Below, piece by piece: positions 8,672 to 19,448 of a stretch of DNA of 64,000 nucleotides; position 1 is the first letter of the stretch; the number at the start of each line of letters is the position of its first letter. Origin of the DNA: a candidate division FCPU426 bacterium (GTDB lineage Bacteria; Oederibacteriota; Muellerivitia; Muellerivitales; Muellerivitaceae). The notes beneath the pieces were generated by a model. That model made no database searches. It was not told where the DNA came from and worked only from the letters and a program-made list of their open reading frames with translations. Position numbers and translations under genes: made by a program. The DNA is taken from the NCBI GenBank assembly GCA_963847625.1, contig CAWKAR010000020.1:1-64000 (forward strand), written 5' to 3'.

Positions 8672-9340
8672 TCATAAAAGCGGCTCAAAAACACCTTTCT
8701 GCCCCACTGCTGTTTCAACGGCTTCCTTCCAGGCAAACCGGTGGGGTGAATCGACAACCTCCCCTTCTGCGTTCTTTTGGCAGTCCTGGCAATATTTCTC
8801 CAGCCTGTCCGCCAGATCGGATAAGCGTTTTTTCATCTTTTCCGCCAATAGCCCCTTGAATGCATCGTCATGAAGTGCATCCATAAGCATTAAAAAATGG
8901 TTGAGGCAGAGATGAAAGTTTTTAAGGAAAGCCTCCCGCATTTCGGTTTGCGCCAGTCCCTCCACCAGGATACCGATATAATGCCGCCGGATTTCAACCG
9001 TTTTTCGACAGCCGGGACACATCTCATGCCCGGTCCATTCGGCTAGGAGGTTCTTGCGCGTCGTATATTTTTCCAAGAAATCGGCGGCTAACAATGCTTG
9101 GTCCTTGTAAAGGATGGAAAGCGCCAAGGTATCATGGAAGCCAACCAGAACATGCGCATGGTACGGACAATACCCACGCGATTCCCGCAAGTCATTGCGT
9201 GTTCCAGGGTTGTTGACGTTTTCGTACAATAAAGCATCGAAGTTGGCATGCATCGCTTCCTTTTCCAATATACACAAGGCGCAACCTCTGGCCTTTTGAA
9301 GTGTCTCCAATACTTTGAAATATGGCATGTGTTTTTCCAT
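8672..9340 (-). CDS. DUF6062-like Cys/His-rich protein
   Basis: Duplicated CxxC...CxxH pattern (CALC...YENVN...GYCPYH; CPGC...LCLNH). Confidence 0.7.
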   Translation of the reverse strand: MEKHMPYFKVLETLQKARGCALCILEKEAMHANFDALLYENVNNPGTRNDLRESRGYCPYHAHVLVGFHDTLALSILYKDQALLAADFLEKYTTRKNLLAEWTGHEMCPGCRKTVEIRRHYIGILVEGLAQTEMREAFLKNFHLCLNHFLMLMDALHDDAFKGLLAEKMKKRLSDLADRLEKYCQDCQKNAEGEVVDSPHRFAWKEAVETAVGQKGVFEPLL

Positions 9341-9342
9341 GT

Positions 9343-9702
9343 TTACCCGCCTCCGAGACCTTCCATGCGGCTTCGTCGCCGATGGGATCGTCCTAAAAGT
9401 TCCAAGAGTTCATCAGCAAGCGAATCGAATTTCCCGGTCTTTTTCACTCTTGAAGCCACTTTCATGGCCTCCTCCAATCGCCCCTGTTCAAAAAGACAAA
9501 CGGCCAGTTCGTATAAAAATTTTGGTTCGTATGGGTTGAGCCAAATGGCACGGCGGAACTGGGTTTCCGCCAATTTAAAGGCTCTGTGCTGAAGGAAATA
9601 ATTCCCCAGGTTAAGATATCCATAGCCCAGATAAGGGCTTGGCCTGAGGGCGTCTTCCCTAAGGATTTCCCTGTCTTTTCTTTTTCGGCCTTTAATTGGC
9701 AT
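9343..9702 (-). CDS. Small TPR protein
   Basis: Two TPR-like helical repeats (YLNLGNYF...AIWLNP; LYELAVCL...GRLEEA); start uncertain. Confidence 0.65.
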   Translation of the reverse strand: MPIKGRKRKDREILREDALRPSPYLGYGYLNLGNYFLQHRAFKLAETQFRRAIWLNPYEPKFLYELAVCLFEQGRLEEAMKVASRVKKTGKFDSLADELLELLGRSHRRRSRMEGLGGG

Positions 9703-9774
9703 GCTTGGAAAACCTTTTTCGGTGTGCACCCAACGTTTCAAAACGCGATGCAAGGGGCACAAAATCCGTTTGCC

Positions 9775-11503
9775 TTAAATTTTCCCTTGATCGATTTGCC
9801 CCGAATCTGCTCTTTTTTGAACAGATCGCTCAAATTTGCCTAGCTGTTCCAACGCCATACGGAGGTCCTCCCCCGAATCCCGGCTGGCTTCCAGCAGCCC
9901 CTGGAAGGTTTCCATCTCGTCCCTGACATGGTGCTGGAAATCCTTCGCCATGCTTTGAACAGCTTCCATCATGGCTTCCGTCCATTCGGAGCATAGGCGG
10001 TAGAGGTGCTTCTCCACCTGCCAGGGGATGGTATGTAGAAAATGCCGGTGTACGAGGGGCCGGAAAATCCACATGGGCACCAGGAACCAGACACCTTCAA
10101 AGGGGGTATCAAACACGTTTCCCAAGTGCATGGACGGTTTTTCCGGGAGAACCACCTCACCACCAAAAACAGGACCGGTATATTCGAAATGCAGGGCCTC
10201 CCGGACTTTATCGGATATTCGAGCTGCAAATGCCCTAGCCGAGCGGTTCACGGAAGACTCGATTTCCCGGACATGGGTTTCACCGGCTTGGATGTTTTCA
10301 CGTCCCAGCTGTTCGAGCTTTTCGGTTAACCGCGCTTCCAGCCAGACCTGGTATTTCGCGGTTTCCTTTCCTAGATGACTTCTCCATCCACTCATTTCAA
10401 CTTCTAATTCCAATTGCAGTTCACGCGCAATCCCCTCCCTATACGGGAGAAGTCGCTCCTCAAGCGCCTGCCTGATCCGGTGGCTCGCAATATCTTGCAA
10501 GTTGTACAATTCGTTTTCCTGCATGGAAAGGGACTGCCATTCCGCATTTATCAAACCGGAAAGTTCCTGGCGCGCCTTTTGTCCGGCCAGAGCCACCTGC
10601 AACGCCAATTCCAGAAAGCTGCGGCAAGTCTTCAATAAGGCTTGGAGCTTATACCGGAGAATTCCCTCCGATTCGGAGAAACGGTTGGATATCAGTTGGT
10701 CATTTAGAAAACGGCGCAGGGATTCCAGTGTTTCTTCATATCCGGGCCTTGTAGAAACGGGAAGGACTGGAATCTCTCGGCTAAGCCGGTTCTTCAACTG
10801 GGATCGGACATATCCCAGGATGGAGTTCATTTGATCCTTTGTGACAAGATCGGCTTTGGTCACCAAAAGAAGTGTCTTGGGGGTGTGTTCCTCTAACTGT
10901 TGTATCAAGGACAGGTCATCCTCGGAAAGCGGGTGGTCCGCTGATACCGCCACCAGCGCCACGCCCACTTTGGGTAGCCAGTCCAATGTGGCGACCGTGT
11001 TATGGGCATGTAGGCTTCCGATGCCCGGTGAGTCCACCCAGCGGACGCCCTCCCAAGACCCGATTCCTTCCAATTCGACTTCCACCCGGACGACTTCCTT
11101 TTGGTTCTCGGGATTTTCCTTTTCAGTTGCGAATTGGGCAATAAAACGCGGGGACGTATTTTCAATTCTGCCGTCCCGGAAATAGACAGTCATGCGATCG
11201 GAAATACCGGCCATAACACGGGTGATAACTGCCGTAGCTGGCAACACGTCCGTGGGAAGAATTTCCAGATTCAAAAGGGAGTTTAAGAGAGAACTTTTCC
11301 CCGCCTTGAATCTTCCCAAAAGCACAATGTCCAGGGATCCGAATTCCTGGTTAAACTCGGAAAGTTTTTGAAGGGGAGGCAGCAGAGCAGGTATGGAGAA
11401 ACGGCGACTGGCGGAGCCGATGAACGATAGGACTTCCGCCGCCCATGGTTGGAATGGATAGCCGGTTTTCGGGACTTTTGTGTTAGTGTCCGGTTGTTCC
11501 TGG
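9775..11503 (-). pseudogene. Dynamin-family GTPase, 5' end cut by IS21
   Basis: GRFKAGKSS, LPAT, DSPG and TKAD G1-G4 motifs plus helical C-terminus; the frame runs into the IS end at 11504 with no native start seen. Confidence 0.75.
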
Positions 11504-11602
11504 TGTCCGCGGCGCTCGAAAAGTGTGACGGTGGGCGGTCCAAAAGTGTGACACCCCCCGCCTTCCATACGCCTTACGGTGTATGGTCGTTGGTTAGCTT
11601 TA

Positions 11603-12376
11603 TCAATCCTTCTTGTCTTTGTTTTTGAGCCGTTTTTTTGCTTCCACCAGCCTGTGGCTTTGGCCGTTGGCCTCCAGAATATGCACCCGATGGGTCAAAC
11701 GGTCAATAAGTGCCCCCGTCATTCTCTCGGAACCCATGATTTCTACCCAGTTTTCAAAGGGAAGATTGGTCGTTACCATCAGGCTTGTGCGCTCATAGGC
11801 CTTGCTGACCACTTCGAACAGCAGCTCGGCCCCCGCCTTGGAGAAAGGAACGTACCCCAGTTCGTCCAGGACAATTAGATCGAGCCTGGCCAACTGACGG
11901 TGGAACTTAGCCAATTGTTTCTCTTCGCGGCGCTCCAAAAGTTCTGTCACGAGGCCCGTGACGGAGAAGAAACGCACCGCCCGGCCCTGGCAGCAAGCCT
12001 GGAAGGCTAAGGCCGTGGCCAAATGGGTTTTACCCGTTCCTGAATTGCCGATCAGCAGGACGTTTTCTTTTTTGTCCATGTACTTGCCCCGCATGAGTTC
12101 CCGCGCCAGTTCTTGGTTGATCGAAGGTTGGGCCTTGAAATCGAATGTGTCCAAAGTCTTGAGAACGGGAAATCCGGCATCCCGGATGCGCCTCTCCTTG
12201 GCCCTGCGTTCTCGGTCCAGAAGTTCCAGTTCGGCCAGTTTGAGCAGGTATTGCGGATAGTCGCTGCGCTCGGTGCGGCAGAGCTGGGCCATCTTGTCAT
12301 ACTCGCGGTTCATCGTAGGAAGTTTGAGTTTTTTGAGGTGATGTTCCAGCAAGAGGGTCTTTTTGGATTCGCTCAT
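11603..12376 (-). CDS. istB: IS21 helper ATPase IstB
   Basis: GNSGTGKTHLA, LIVLDELGY, TTNL, IDRLTH. Confidence 0.95.
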   Translation of the reverse strand: MSESKKTLLLEHHLKKLKLPTMNREYDKMAQLCRTERSDYPQYLLKLAELELLDRERRAKERRIRDAGFPVLKTLDTFDFKAQPSINQELARELMRGKYMDKKENVLLIGNSGTGKTHLATALAFQACCQGRAVRFFSVTGLVTELLERREEKQLAKFHRQLARLDLIVLDELGYVPFSKAGAELLFEVVSKAYERTSLMVTTNLPFENWVEIMGSERMTGALIDRLTHRVHILEANGQSHRLVEAKKRLKNKDKKD

Positions 12377-13884
12377 ACTTCACCTCCCGTCAACATCAGC
12401 TCACGGTAGGCCGAAAGATCCGTTCGGGCCACCTGAACCCGCCGCAAGTGCTCACGGCCGTCCAGGCTGAAGGTGGTCAGCCTGTAGTCCTCCCTGGGGT
12501 AGAGCAACTGGGCGAGGGCGTCACGGGTGTAAATTTCCATCTGCACGGCTTTTTCCACCGCTCTCGTAAGCCTCTCCATGGGATATTTTTCCAAAAGCTG
12601 CATCGTCTTGATGAATTCCCGCGCTCCTTCGCCGCGAAACTTTTCTTTGCCTTCCATGCGTCGACGCAGGAGAGTGAAACACTCCGGCAAATTCCAGTCT
12701 TCCAGGGGTCGAGCATGGTCGAGTGCGCCGGGTTTCCTCTCCAAAACCGCTAAATAATGCACTGGATTAAATGCCATGCCTTCCTTGCACCAAAGACGAT
12801 CATGGGTCGTAATCCGCTTGTCCTTGTAAAAAATATCCACTCGGTCAATGTATCCCTTCACTACCACCGGATGGTGGGCGTACTCCACGGGCACGGAATA
12901 GTCGTTGGTGTCGAAGCGTACCAGAGACATGGACGTGGCCGTAGTGGACTGCTTCAGGCATGCGTCAAACGGAGTGTCTGGCAAAGGGCGGAAATGGGTT
13001 TTGTCCCCCTCAAGAAGCTGGGCTTTAGTCGCCCCTTTGCCGCGCAATTTGCGTTCTAAATCTTCACGACAGTTCACCACCAACTTTTTGTTCAGTTCTT
13101 CTAGGCTGCCTACTTGAGGGACCGGCACCATGAAGTTCAGTCGAACATACTTCACTCCGCCTTCCACCACACCTTTTTCGTTGCCCCTGCGTACGGTGCA
13201 GAAGTGGTGGTCGAAGAGATAGTGGCTTACCAATTGCTTGAAATTCCGGGTCAACTCCCGTTGGTGTACCCCGATCAACTTCTTTACGAGGGTTTTGGCG
13301 TTGTCGTAGCTGATCCGCCAAGGTACTCCACCAAAGTATTTAAAAGCCCGGATGTGGCCTTCCCACACGAATTCCGTGCTCTCCCGCTCAAATATCTGCA
13401 CGAAGAAAGCGTCCGAATACGGCAGGGCCATCACGAAGTAGGGCCGTTTTACCAACACACCATTGAGCTTCACCAGGGCGTGTCCAAAATCCACCTGTGC
13501 CTCACCAGGTCGATGGGTCAAAGGTATAAAAACCTCACTGGTTCTCTTTTTGATCCCTCGCACCGCTTTTTTTACCTGGGTATAGCCTCCGGTGTAACCA
13601 TCTTCCGCGCACAAGCGCTCAAAGATACGCTTGGCGGTATGACGCTGTTTTTTGTGGGTGTGTTTGTCGTCTTCAAGAATTTGCTTGATGCGGCCCAGGA
13701 AGGGCCCCACCTTTGGCTGAGACCGCTCCTGGCTTATCTGGTAGCCCGGAGGCTGGCTATGGGCAAGAATCTTCTTGAGGGTTTCCCAATGAATACCCTC
13801 TTCTTCCATCACCTGGCGCTTGGAGACCCCTTCTACCAGCACTTTTTTGCGAATTTCGGTCCATCGGTCCATATCTTTGTACAC
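12373..13884 (-). CDS. istA: IS21 transposase IstA
   Basis: HTAKRIF, AQVDFG, YDNAK, EKGVVE DDE motifs; likely start GTG 13884 or ATG 13872. Confidence 0.95.
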   Translation of the reverse strand: MYKDMDRWTEIRKKVLVEGVSKRQVMEEEGIHWETLKKILAHSQPPGYQISQERSQPKVGPFLGRIKQILEDDKHTHKKQRHTAKRIFERLCAEDGYTGGYTQVKKAVRGIKKRTSEVFIPLTHRPGEAQVDFGHALVKLNGVLVKRPYFVMALPYSDAFFVQIFERESTEFVWEGHIRAFKYFGGVPWRISYDNAKTLVKKLIGVHQRELTRNFKQLVSHYLFDHHFCTVRRGNEKGVVEGGVKYVRLNFMVPVPQVGSLEELNKKLVVNCREDLERKLRGKGATKAQLLEGDKTHFRPLPDTPFDACLKQSTTATSMSLVRFDTNDYSVPVEYAHHPVVVKGYIDRVDIFYKDKRITTHDRLWCKEGMAFNPVHYLAVLERKPGALDHARPLEDWNLPECFTLLRRRMEGKEKFRGEGAREFIKTMQLLEKYPMERLTRAVEKAVQMEIYTRDALAQLLYPREDYRLTTFSLDGREHLRRVQVARTDLSAYRELMLTGGEV

Positions 13885-14013
13885 TCCTTTTCCTTCCGGT
13901 ATCTGTATTCCCAATTTCTGGAACCACATCATCCCGGATATTCGAGGAGTGTCACACTTTTCGACCGCCTTTTTTGCCCCCTAGACCGTCACACTTTTGG
14001 AACGCCGTTTACA

Positions 14014-14108
14014 GTGGACGGACCGCCGTTTTTACAAGCCCAGGAGAATAGAACAGCACTAACGACAAATATTAAAAATCCAACAATAAAAATATTTTTT
14101 CCATCCAT
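14014..14108 (-). pseudogene. 5' fragment of a putative lipoprotein gene cut by IS21
   Basis: GGAGG RBS, then MDGKNIFIVGFLIFVVSAVLFSWAC-KNGGPS running into the IS end. Confidence 0.5.
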
Positions 14109-14414
14109 AAGAATGACCTCCAAAAATATCTAATTGTCTTATTACTTATGGAGGTAATTTTTGAACTTATTATTGGCGACCACCACGGGTGAAAGTACCC
14201 GTGGTAATCAAATTAAGTTTCCAGCAACATTTATAAATAAAATTGTCTGAATTTTTACTGAAATCTAACCCGAACCGAGGGTTCAGTATTTTCATTCAGC
14301 CGCAAAAAACCTGAAATAAATTGCATTAAAACCAAAATTCCCAGCGAGTTACCCAAAAGGATGCCAGCCAGGAACCTGAAATATTTCTCGGCTTTTTGTC
14401 TCAAGGGGTAACGA

Positions 14415-14654
14415 ATGTTTCGAAAAGAAGCCGCCAATATTTTTATTAGAAATATCAACCGCAGAGTCGCAGAAATTCGCGTCGAAAACAGACTTACGCA
14501 AGAAGATCTTGCCGAAAAAATGGGCGTCGATGTTAGAGATTTGCAAAGATGGGAGACAAAAAGGGGAATGAGTCTATGGACGCTTTATAGATTCACAGTG
14601 GCATTACAGAGACCCGCATCCGACTTCTTCCAAGAACCAAAAATAATAAAATAA
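14415..14654 (+). CDS. XRE-family HTH regulator
   Basis: LTQEDLAEKMGVDVRDLQRWE. Confidence 0.75.
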   Translation: MFRKEAANIFIRNINRRVAEIRVENRLTQEDLAEKMGVDVRDLQRWETKRGMSLWTLYRFTVALQRPASDFFQEPKIIK

Positions 14655-14888
14655 CCAAGTCCGCCACCTGAGAAACATCTTTATTCTTTTTAAATTTTTA
14701 ACTTCATTGGATCTTTTTTACTTTGTCAATATAAGTTTGTTATTCTTTGTTAAACGGAGACGATATTCTCCACCAGCGTGTAAAATAATTGCTTCTGTTT
14801 GACCCTTCAAAAGATCCGAAATATTCCAGCGGGGCTTGCCTTTTTCATTCGATTCCTGTGGTTTGGTTTCAGTGGGTTGCATATTGTT

Positions 14889-15113
14889 TTAAATCCCCTC
14901 GAAGAGTTTGTTGATAGCGCAACCCAAAGCTTTGTGAATCTTGACGACATTCTTAAGCGTAATCCTTCTCTCGCCGCGTTCCACGAAACCGATGAAATTG
15001 CCTGCCAAACCCGACTGATTTCCCAACTTTTCCTGAGACCAGCCATGCTTTTTACGGATCTTGCGGACATTCTCCCCAAATTTTAGGATGATTTGATGAT
15101 CTGATTTTTTCAT
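14889..15113 (-). CDS. XRE-family HTH regulator
   Basis: FGENVRKIRKKHGWSQEKLG...IGFVERGER; close paralog of 56595-56825. Confidence 0.85.
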   Translation of the reverse strand: MKKSDHQIILKFGENVRKIRKKHGWSQEKLGNQSGLAGNFIGFVERGERRITLKNVVKIHKALGCAINKLFEGI

Positions 15114-15479
15114 AAGATATATTAAACCCCCTTTTGTTAAAGTTTAAAAAGATGAAACAGTCCTTCTTCATAGACTATTCAAACTGTTCCGTTGAATTTA
15201 TTTATCACAACCCAAAATAGTCATGGGCCTTTTGACGAAATTCCCCTAAAAGCTGGGCATCAAAATGTCCGATCAAATTCTTCCTCTGAATGGGATTTGA
15301 GGTTAAATCCTATAGCGTTTCCGGCTTAACACTTGGAATGGTATATAGAAATATTTATCCAAGGCATGATAGACGACTGTTCCCTCTTTACAGTGGTCGA
15401 TTAAAAAAAGTGACTCTACGTTGAAAAAAACCCCTAGTGGATTTTTAACAGTAGAGCTTTATCTCTGGTAGAAACTCCG

Positions 15480-17297
15480 TTACTTAATGAAAATTATCCT
15501 CTTCAACCTTGTCCCATAAGGTTCAGTCAGCATAAAAACATAAACTCCACTGGCACAGGAGTCACCATACTTGTTGGTCCCATTCCATTGGTACGACTGG
15601 CTGAACGGGGCGTCGAGGAACTGGGAATCGAGTGTTTTAATGTGCTCACCCGCCGAATTGTAAATCCTTAAGTCGTAACTCCCTGGATACCGGTTGTATT
15701 CCACGAAAATGGAAACCGGTTCCGAGGGACTGAAAATGTTTTTGGACACGTAAAAGATATCTATATAAACCGGAGTAGGGGTGGGCGTACAAGTGTTGCC
15801 CGGCCAACCGCAAGGCGTGTCCGTGTCAGTAGGAGTAAAAGTTGAAGTTGGCGTTGGGGTAACCGTGGGAGTGTTCGTGACCGTGAAGGTTTCGGTAAAC
15901 GTGTGAGTAAAGGTCGGTGTGAAGGTGGCTGTGGGTGTCGGGGTCGAAGTGAGTGTCTTGGTGAATGTCGGAGTAGACGTAAAAGTTGGTGTGAATGTAA
16001 ACGTTCTGGTAAGGGTTGCCGTATAAGTATAAGTGAGAGTCTTGGTGTTCGTCGGAGTAGGCGTAACCGTGGGGGTATGGGTGTCGGTGAGCGTCGTGGT
16101 TAAGGTTGGCGTGTTGGTCGGCGTAATGGTGGGAGTATTGGTGGGAGAATAAGTCAAAGTCCAAGTATTCGTGTCGGTCGGTGTGTTGGTGGCGGTCGGG
16201 GTGTCCGTCACCGTGGGAGTAGGTGTCTTGGTAGGTGTATTTGTTGGCGTGTTCGACGGGGTCAATGTGGGTGTGTTCGTAGAAGTGAGTGTATTCGTCG
16301 GAGTGTTGGTTTCGGTGGACGTGGGGGTCGGGGTAAAACTATTGGTGAAAGTGCAGGTCGGGGTTAAGGTCGGCGTGTCCGTGAAGGTATTCGTGAAGGT
16401 TGGCGTGTAGGTTGCAGTCGGTGTATTGGTGGAGGTCGGTGTATCCGTCACCGTGGGAGTAGGTGTCTTGGTAGGTGTGTTTGTCGGTGTGTCCGTAGAG
16501 GTCGATGTGGATGTGTTTGTAGAAGTAAGTGTTTTCGTCGGGGTAAAACTATGGGTGAATGTGTTAGTCGGGGTTAAGGTCGGCGTGTCCGTGAAGGTAA
16601 TCGTGAAGGTTGGCGTGTAGGTTGCAGTCGGTGTGTTGGTAGAGGACGGTGTGTCCGTTACTGTAGAGGTGTGTGTCTTAGTAGGTATATTTGTTGGGGT
16701 GTTGGTCTCGGTGGAAGTGTAGGTCGGGGTAAAACTATTGGTGAAAGTGCTGGTCGGGGTTAAGGTTGGCGTGTCCGTGAAGGTATTCGAGAAGGAAGGC
16801 GTGTAAGTTACGGTTGTGGTGTCGGTGGGGGTAAAGGTGGGCGTAATAGTCGTGGTAAAGGTTATCGTGTGTGTGGAGGTGGCAGTATGGGTATTTGTCG
16901 GAGTATTGGTCAAGCAGGCGACCGTATCGGTGACCGCATTGGTGAGGAGCATTTGCAGGGGTGAGCCGATATCAATGGATGCTTGGTCCACGAATGAGGA
17001 CGGGACGCAAGATTTAATATAAACCCATAACGTAACCGCACCGGTAGTGGGCGAAAGCACTGTTCCCATATTCCAAACCACCATCCCCGATACTTCGGAG
17101 CAGGGCGCGCCTGAGCAGGAAAGATAGGTTAGGTTGGTGGCAAGCGTGTCCACAATCGTGGTCTGGTACCAATTGCTGCCGGAATAGTTAGTATAATTAA
17201 TGACAAAGCCTACGGTGACGCCAACGCTTAATTGGGCTTGGGCACCGGAAAACTCCAAAAACAAAAGAAACGTGGAAAAACCAAATATTTTCCACAT
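15480..17297 (-). CDS. Secreted mucin-like Thr/Pro-rich protein: DUF11-like domain, long Thr-rich tract, FlgD-Ig-like C-terminal domain
   Basis: Signal peptide from ATG 17297 (ORF open to 17438); [23 protein letters not shown]; long (TPT)n tract; [14 protein letters not shown]...WNGTN...ASGVY. Confidence 0.75.
   Translation of the reverse strand: MWKIFGFSTFLLFLEFSGAQAQLSVGVTVGFVINYTNYSGSNWYQTTIVDTLATNLTYLSCSGAPCSEVSGMVVWNMGTVLSPTTGAVTLWVYIKSCVPSSFVDQASIDIGSPLQMLLTNAVTDTVACLTNTPTNTHTATSTHTITFTTTITPTFTPTDTTTVTYTPSFSNTFTDTPTLTPTSTFTNSFTPTYTSTETNTPTNIPTKTHTSTVTDTPSSTNTPTATYTPTFTITFTDTPTLTPTNTFTHSFTPTKTLTSTNTSTSTSTDTPTNTPTKTPTPTVTDTPTSTNTPTATYTPTFTNTFTDTPTLTPTCTFTNSFTPTPTSTETNTPTNTLTSTNTPTLTPSNTPTNTPTKTPTPTVTDTPTATNTPTDTNTWTLTYSPTNTPTITPTNTPTLTTTLTDTHTPTVTPTPTNTKTLTYTYTATLTRTFTFTPTFTSTPTFTKTLTSTPTPTATFTPTFTHTFTETFTVTNTPTVTPTPTSTFTPTDTDTPCGWPGNTCTPTPTPVYIDIFYVSKNIFSPSEPVSIFVEYNRYPGSYDLRIYNSAGEHIKTLDSQFLDAPFSQSYQWNGTNKYGDSCASGVYVFMLTEPYGTRLKRIIFIK
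16170..16800. repeat. Internal coding tandem repeats of the Thr-rich tract
   Basis: Unit [21 protein letters not shown] occurs three times and [19 protein letters not shown] twice, with near-identical DNA. Confidence 0.75.
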
Positions 17298-17632
17298 CCG
17301 TCCGACGGCCGGCTCCGTTAAAACGATAGCGGTAAGCGCCGTTGAATTCCCGGTATGGGAAACTAACCTTTTTCTCGAAAAAACTAATTTTGATATTAGG
17401 ACCCGCATTTTATTAACACACCTTTCAATATTGGACAATCCACTTATCCAATACGACTAACTCGGAACCGAACAAGGAAACCCGTTTCCGAGTCGGTCAT
17501 GCAAATTCCGAAAAAAAGCTGTAAAAACCTGAGAAGTGAACCAATAGAACTGTTGATCGCATCTTTACGGGCTCCACCGCCCAACTGCTCGCCCGTTAAT
17601 ATGCTCCGCCAAATTTTCGACTCAGCCGAAAA

Positions 17633-18643
17633 TCATGGTGGCGGAGGCGGTCCGCTGTCCCCATGCTTACCGTTAGTCACGGTTTTTTGGGGAGAAGGCA
17701 TGAAGGGATTGGTCCCAAGATTTTGAGGCGTTAATTGCGCGGCCACAAAATTTTTAAAAAGGACTTTGTCGCCCTCTTTTAACCCCGAGATTACTTCCGT
17801 TTTTTTGCCTTCACAGAAGCCCGTTTGAATGATTTGCGTTTGGGGCCCGCCATCCGGGCTTGTGGGGGCCTTCATAACAAAATAATCACCGTCGGAAGTT
17901 TGTTGCAAAGCCTCCGTTGGAACGACCAAAACTTTATTTTTTATGGATAAATTGAAAACCACATTGGCCGTCATGCCGCTTCTCATGAAGGAAGATGCCT
18001 TTATGGGCCACACGTCCACCTCGTAGGTGGTCACGTTATTGACCATGGTGGATTGGTAAGCAATCCGCCCCACCCTGCCGTTGATTAAATGGTCTGGGTA
18101 AGCATCAAGGGTGACAAATGCTTTCTGGCCCAACTTGATCAGGGCAAGGTCGGTCTCATCCACTTGGGTGTTCACGATCAATCGGTCGGACATGACCATA
18201 ATTGTGACTCCCGTGTTGACTACTTGGCCGGGAACGGTCGGCAAATAAATGATCCGGCCGTTTTCAGGGGAAAGAAGGGGTGTTGCCTGATAATACTGTT
18301 CCCAACGACCCAATTGGGAGATGCCTTGGGCGGCTGCTTCATCCAACAAGGTGGCCCGTTCAGTGGAGCTTAATTCCATAAGCTTTTGGCCTTTTCGGAC
18401 GGTGTCCCCTTCACGCGAAAGGATTTTCTCGATTCTTCCCGATAGGGGCGGAAAGACGGCCAATTGATTGTGGGGCTGGACGTTTCCGGTTTCCAAGACG
18501 GAAGTCTGAATGTCTTCCCTCGTAACAAGCACCTCTTGAAAACCGTCTGAGACTCGCGCCTTTTTACCCCAGCCGAGACCAGTTAAAAGGGCTGCAAGAC
18601 CCAAGGTCACTGCTGGAATGAGAATTTTCCATCGCATAGACAT
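17633..18643 (-). CDS. Membrane-fusion/periplasmic adaptor protein (MacA/HlyD-like, short hairpin)
   Basis: PPLSGRIEKILSREGDTVRKGQ lipoyl half, VDETDLALIKLGQ, MRSGMTANV, VISGLKEGDKV. Confidence 0.85.
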   Translation of the reverse strand: MSMRWKILIPAVTLGLAALLTGLGWGKKARVSDGFQEVLVTREDIQTSVLETGNVQPHNQLAVFPPLSGRIEKILSREGDTVRKGQKLMELSSTERATLLDEAAAQGISQLGRWEQYYQATPLLSPENGRIIYLPTVPGQVVNTGVTIMVMSDRLIVNTQVDETDLALIKLGQKAFVTLDAYPDHLINGRVGRIAYQSTMVNNVTTYEVDVWPIKASSFMRSGMTANVVFNLSIKNKVLVVPTEALQQTSDGDYFVMKAPTSPDGGPQTQIIQTGFCEGKKTEVISGLKEGDKVLFKNFVAAQLTPQNLGTNPFMPSPQKTVTNGKHGDSGPPPPP

Positions 18644-18656
18644 ACATTCTTTCCCA

Positions 18657-19448
18657 TCAAGTCTTTCCCGGATTTTCGATTTGTCCGCTGGGCGAGGACT
18701 GGAACTGAGTGGCTAAGTCACCGCTGAAAACGAGGGGCCCCACGTGCTGGAGGCGGCTTTTGAGGTCCGCCCAGATTTCCCCACCCATGTCGGTCCAGCG
18801 ACGGCAAAAACTATGATCCTCACTTAGGTAAATCCCCGTTTTCGGCTCAATCATGCAGTTGAAAAAAGCGTACCGGAAAGGGTTTTTCTCCAACGGGTCG
18901 TCCATCGTGAATGCCCCCGTATAGCGTAGTTCCGGATAACGCTTCATCATCCGCTCGAAAACCGCCCTGCGGATCAAGGTGAAACCCATACCCACGCGCC
19001 GGACTTTGGTGAAACCATCCCGCGTCTGAATCTTTTCGGGGTCCATGACTTCGAAATCGTAATCCAAGACCGCCGATTCCAGATGGAGACGCCCCTCCTT
19101 GGCCATGGCTTCAAACCGGGAAAGGTTCAATCGCTTGTCCGGGTAAACCGCCGCTGCCACATCCACCCCGAGGTCCAGCAGGCGGAAAACCTGTTCCGGC
19201 TCGAAACCTACGTCCGCGTCCACGAACAGGAGATGGGTAGCGGGTGTGTTGGCCAAAAACCGGGCCACGATGTCCTGACGCGCCCGCTGGATCAGCGCGT
19301 CTCCCCATTGGGCCAGGACGTTAAAACCCACGTCGCCACGGCCATAACAGATTTTTTGCAGTTTCAGCACCGAATGAGCGTAGATGCTGTTCACCTGAGC
19401 CCCAAAACAAGGACTGCCGATCATGATATAAGGGGGAAATGGGTTCAT
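18657..19448 (-). CDS. GT-A fold glycosyltransferase-like protein (paralog 1)
   Basis: PCFG...ARQ...THLLFVDAD (DxD)...GMGFTLIRR...LSEDHSFCRRW...L.HVG. Confidence 0.7.
   Translation of the reverse strand: MNPFPPYIMIGSPCFGAQVNSIYAHSVLKLQKICYGRGDVGFNVLAQWGDALIQRARQDIVARFLANTPATHLLFVDADVGFEPEQVFRLLDLGVDVAAAVYPDKRLNLSRFEAMAKEGRLHLESAVLDYDFEVMDPEKIQTRDGFTKVRRVGMGFTLIRRAVFERMMKRYPELRYTGAFTMDDPLEKNPFRYAFFNCMIEPKTGIYLSEDHSFCRRWTDMGGEIWADLKSRLQHVGPLVFSGDLATQFQSSPSGQIENPGKT

Larger units (their letters stand above)
11504..14013 (-). mobile_element. IS21-family insertion sequence, copy 1 (2510 bp)
   Basis: TG...CA ends; imperfect IR TGT(CCG/AAA)CGGCG(C/T)TC(G/C)AAAAGTGTGACGGT with internal AAAAGTGTGAC repeats; istA-istB. 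Confidence 0.95.

Noticed and set aside
13114..14133. 339-aa plus-strand ORF (and its twin 55394-56308)
   Set aside because: Antisense shadow of istA with no recognisable motifs.
14182..14205. Hairpin ACCACGGGT-gaaagt-ACCCGTGGT as a possible c-di-GMP riboswitch
   Set aside because: Lacks the GGCAAA and GACGCAAA context and second stem; just an isolated stem-loop.
15780..16910. Repetitive DNA as a CRISPR array, and Val/Gly-rich plus-strand ORFs
   Set aside because: Explained by Thr/Pro codons on the minus strand; no constant repeat with unique spacers. The same applies to 23204-23611.
17499..17515. Possible sigma54 promoter for the large Thr-rich gene
   Set aside because: TTGCA is present but the invariant GG at -24 is missing.
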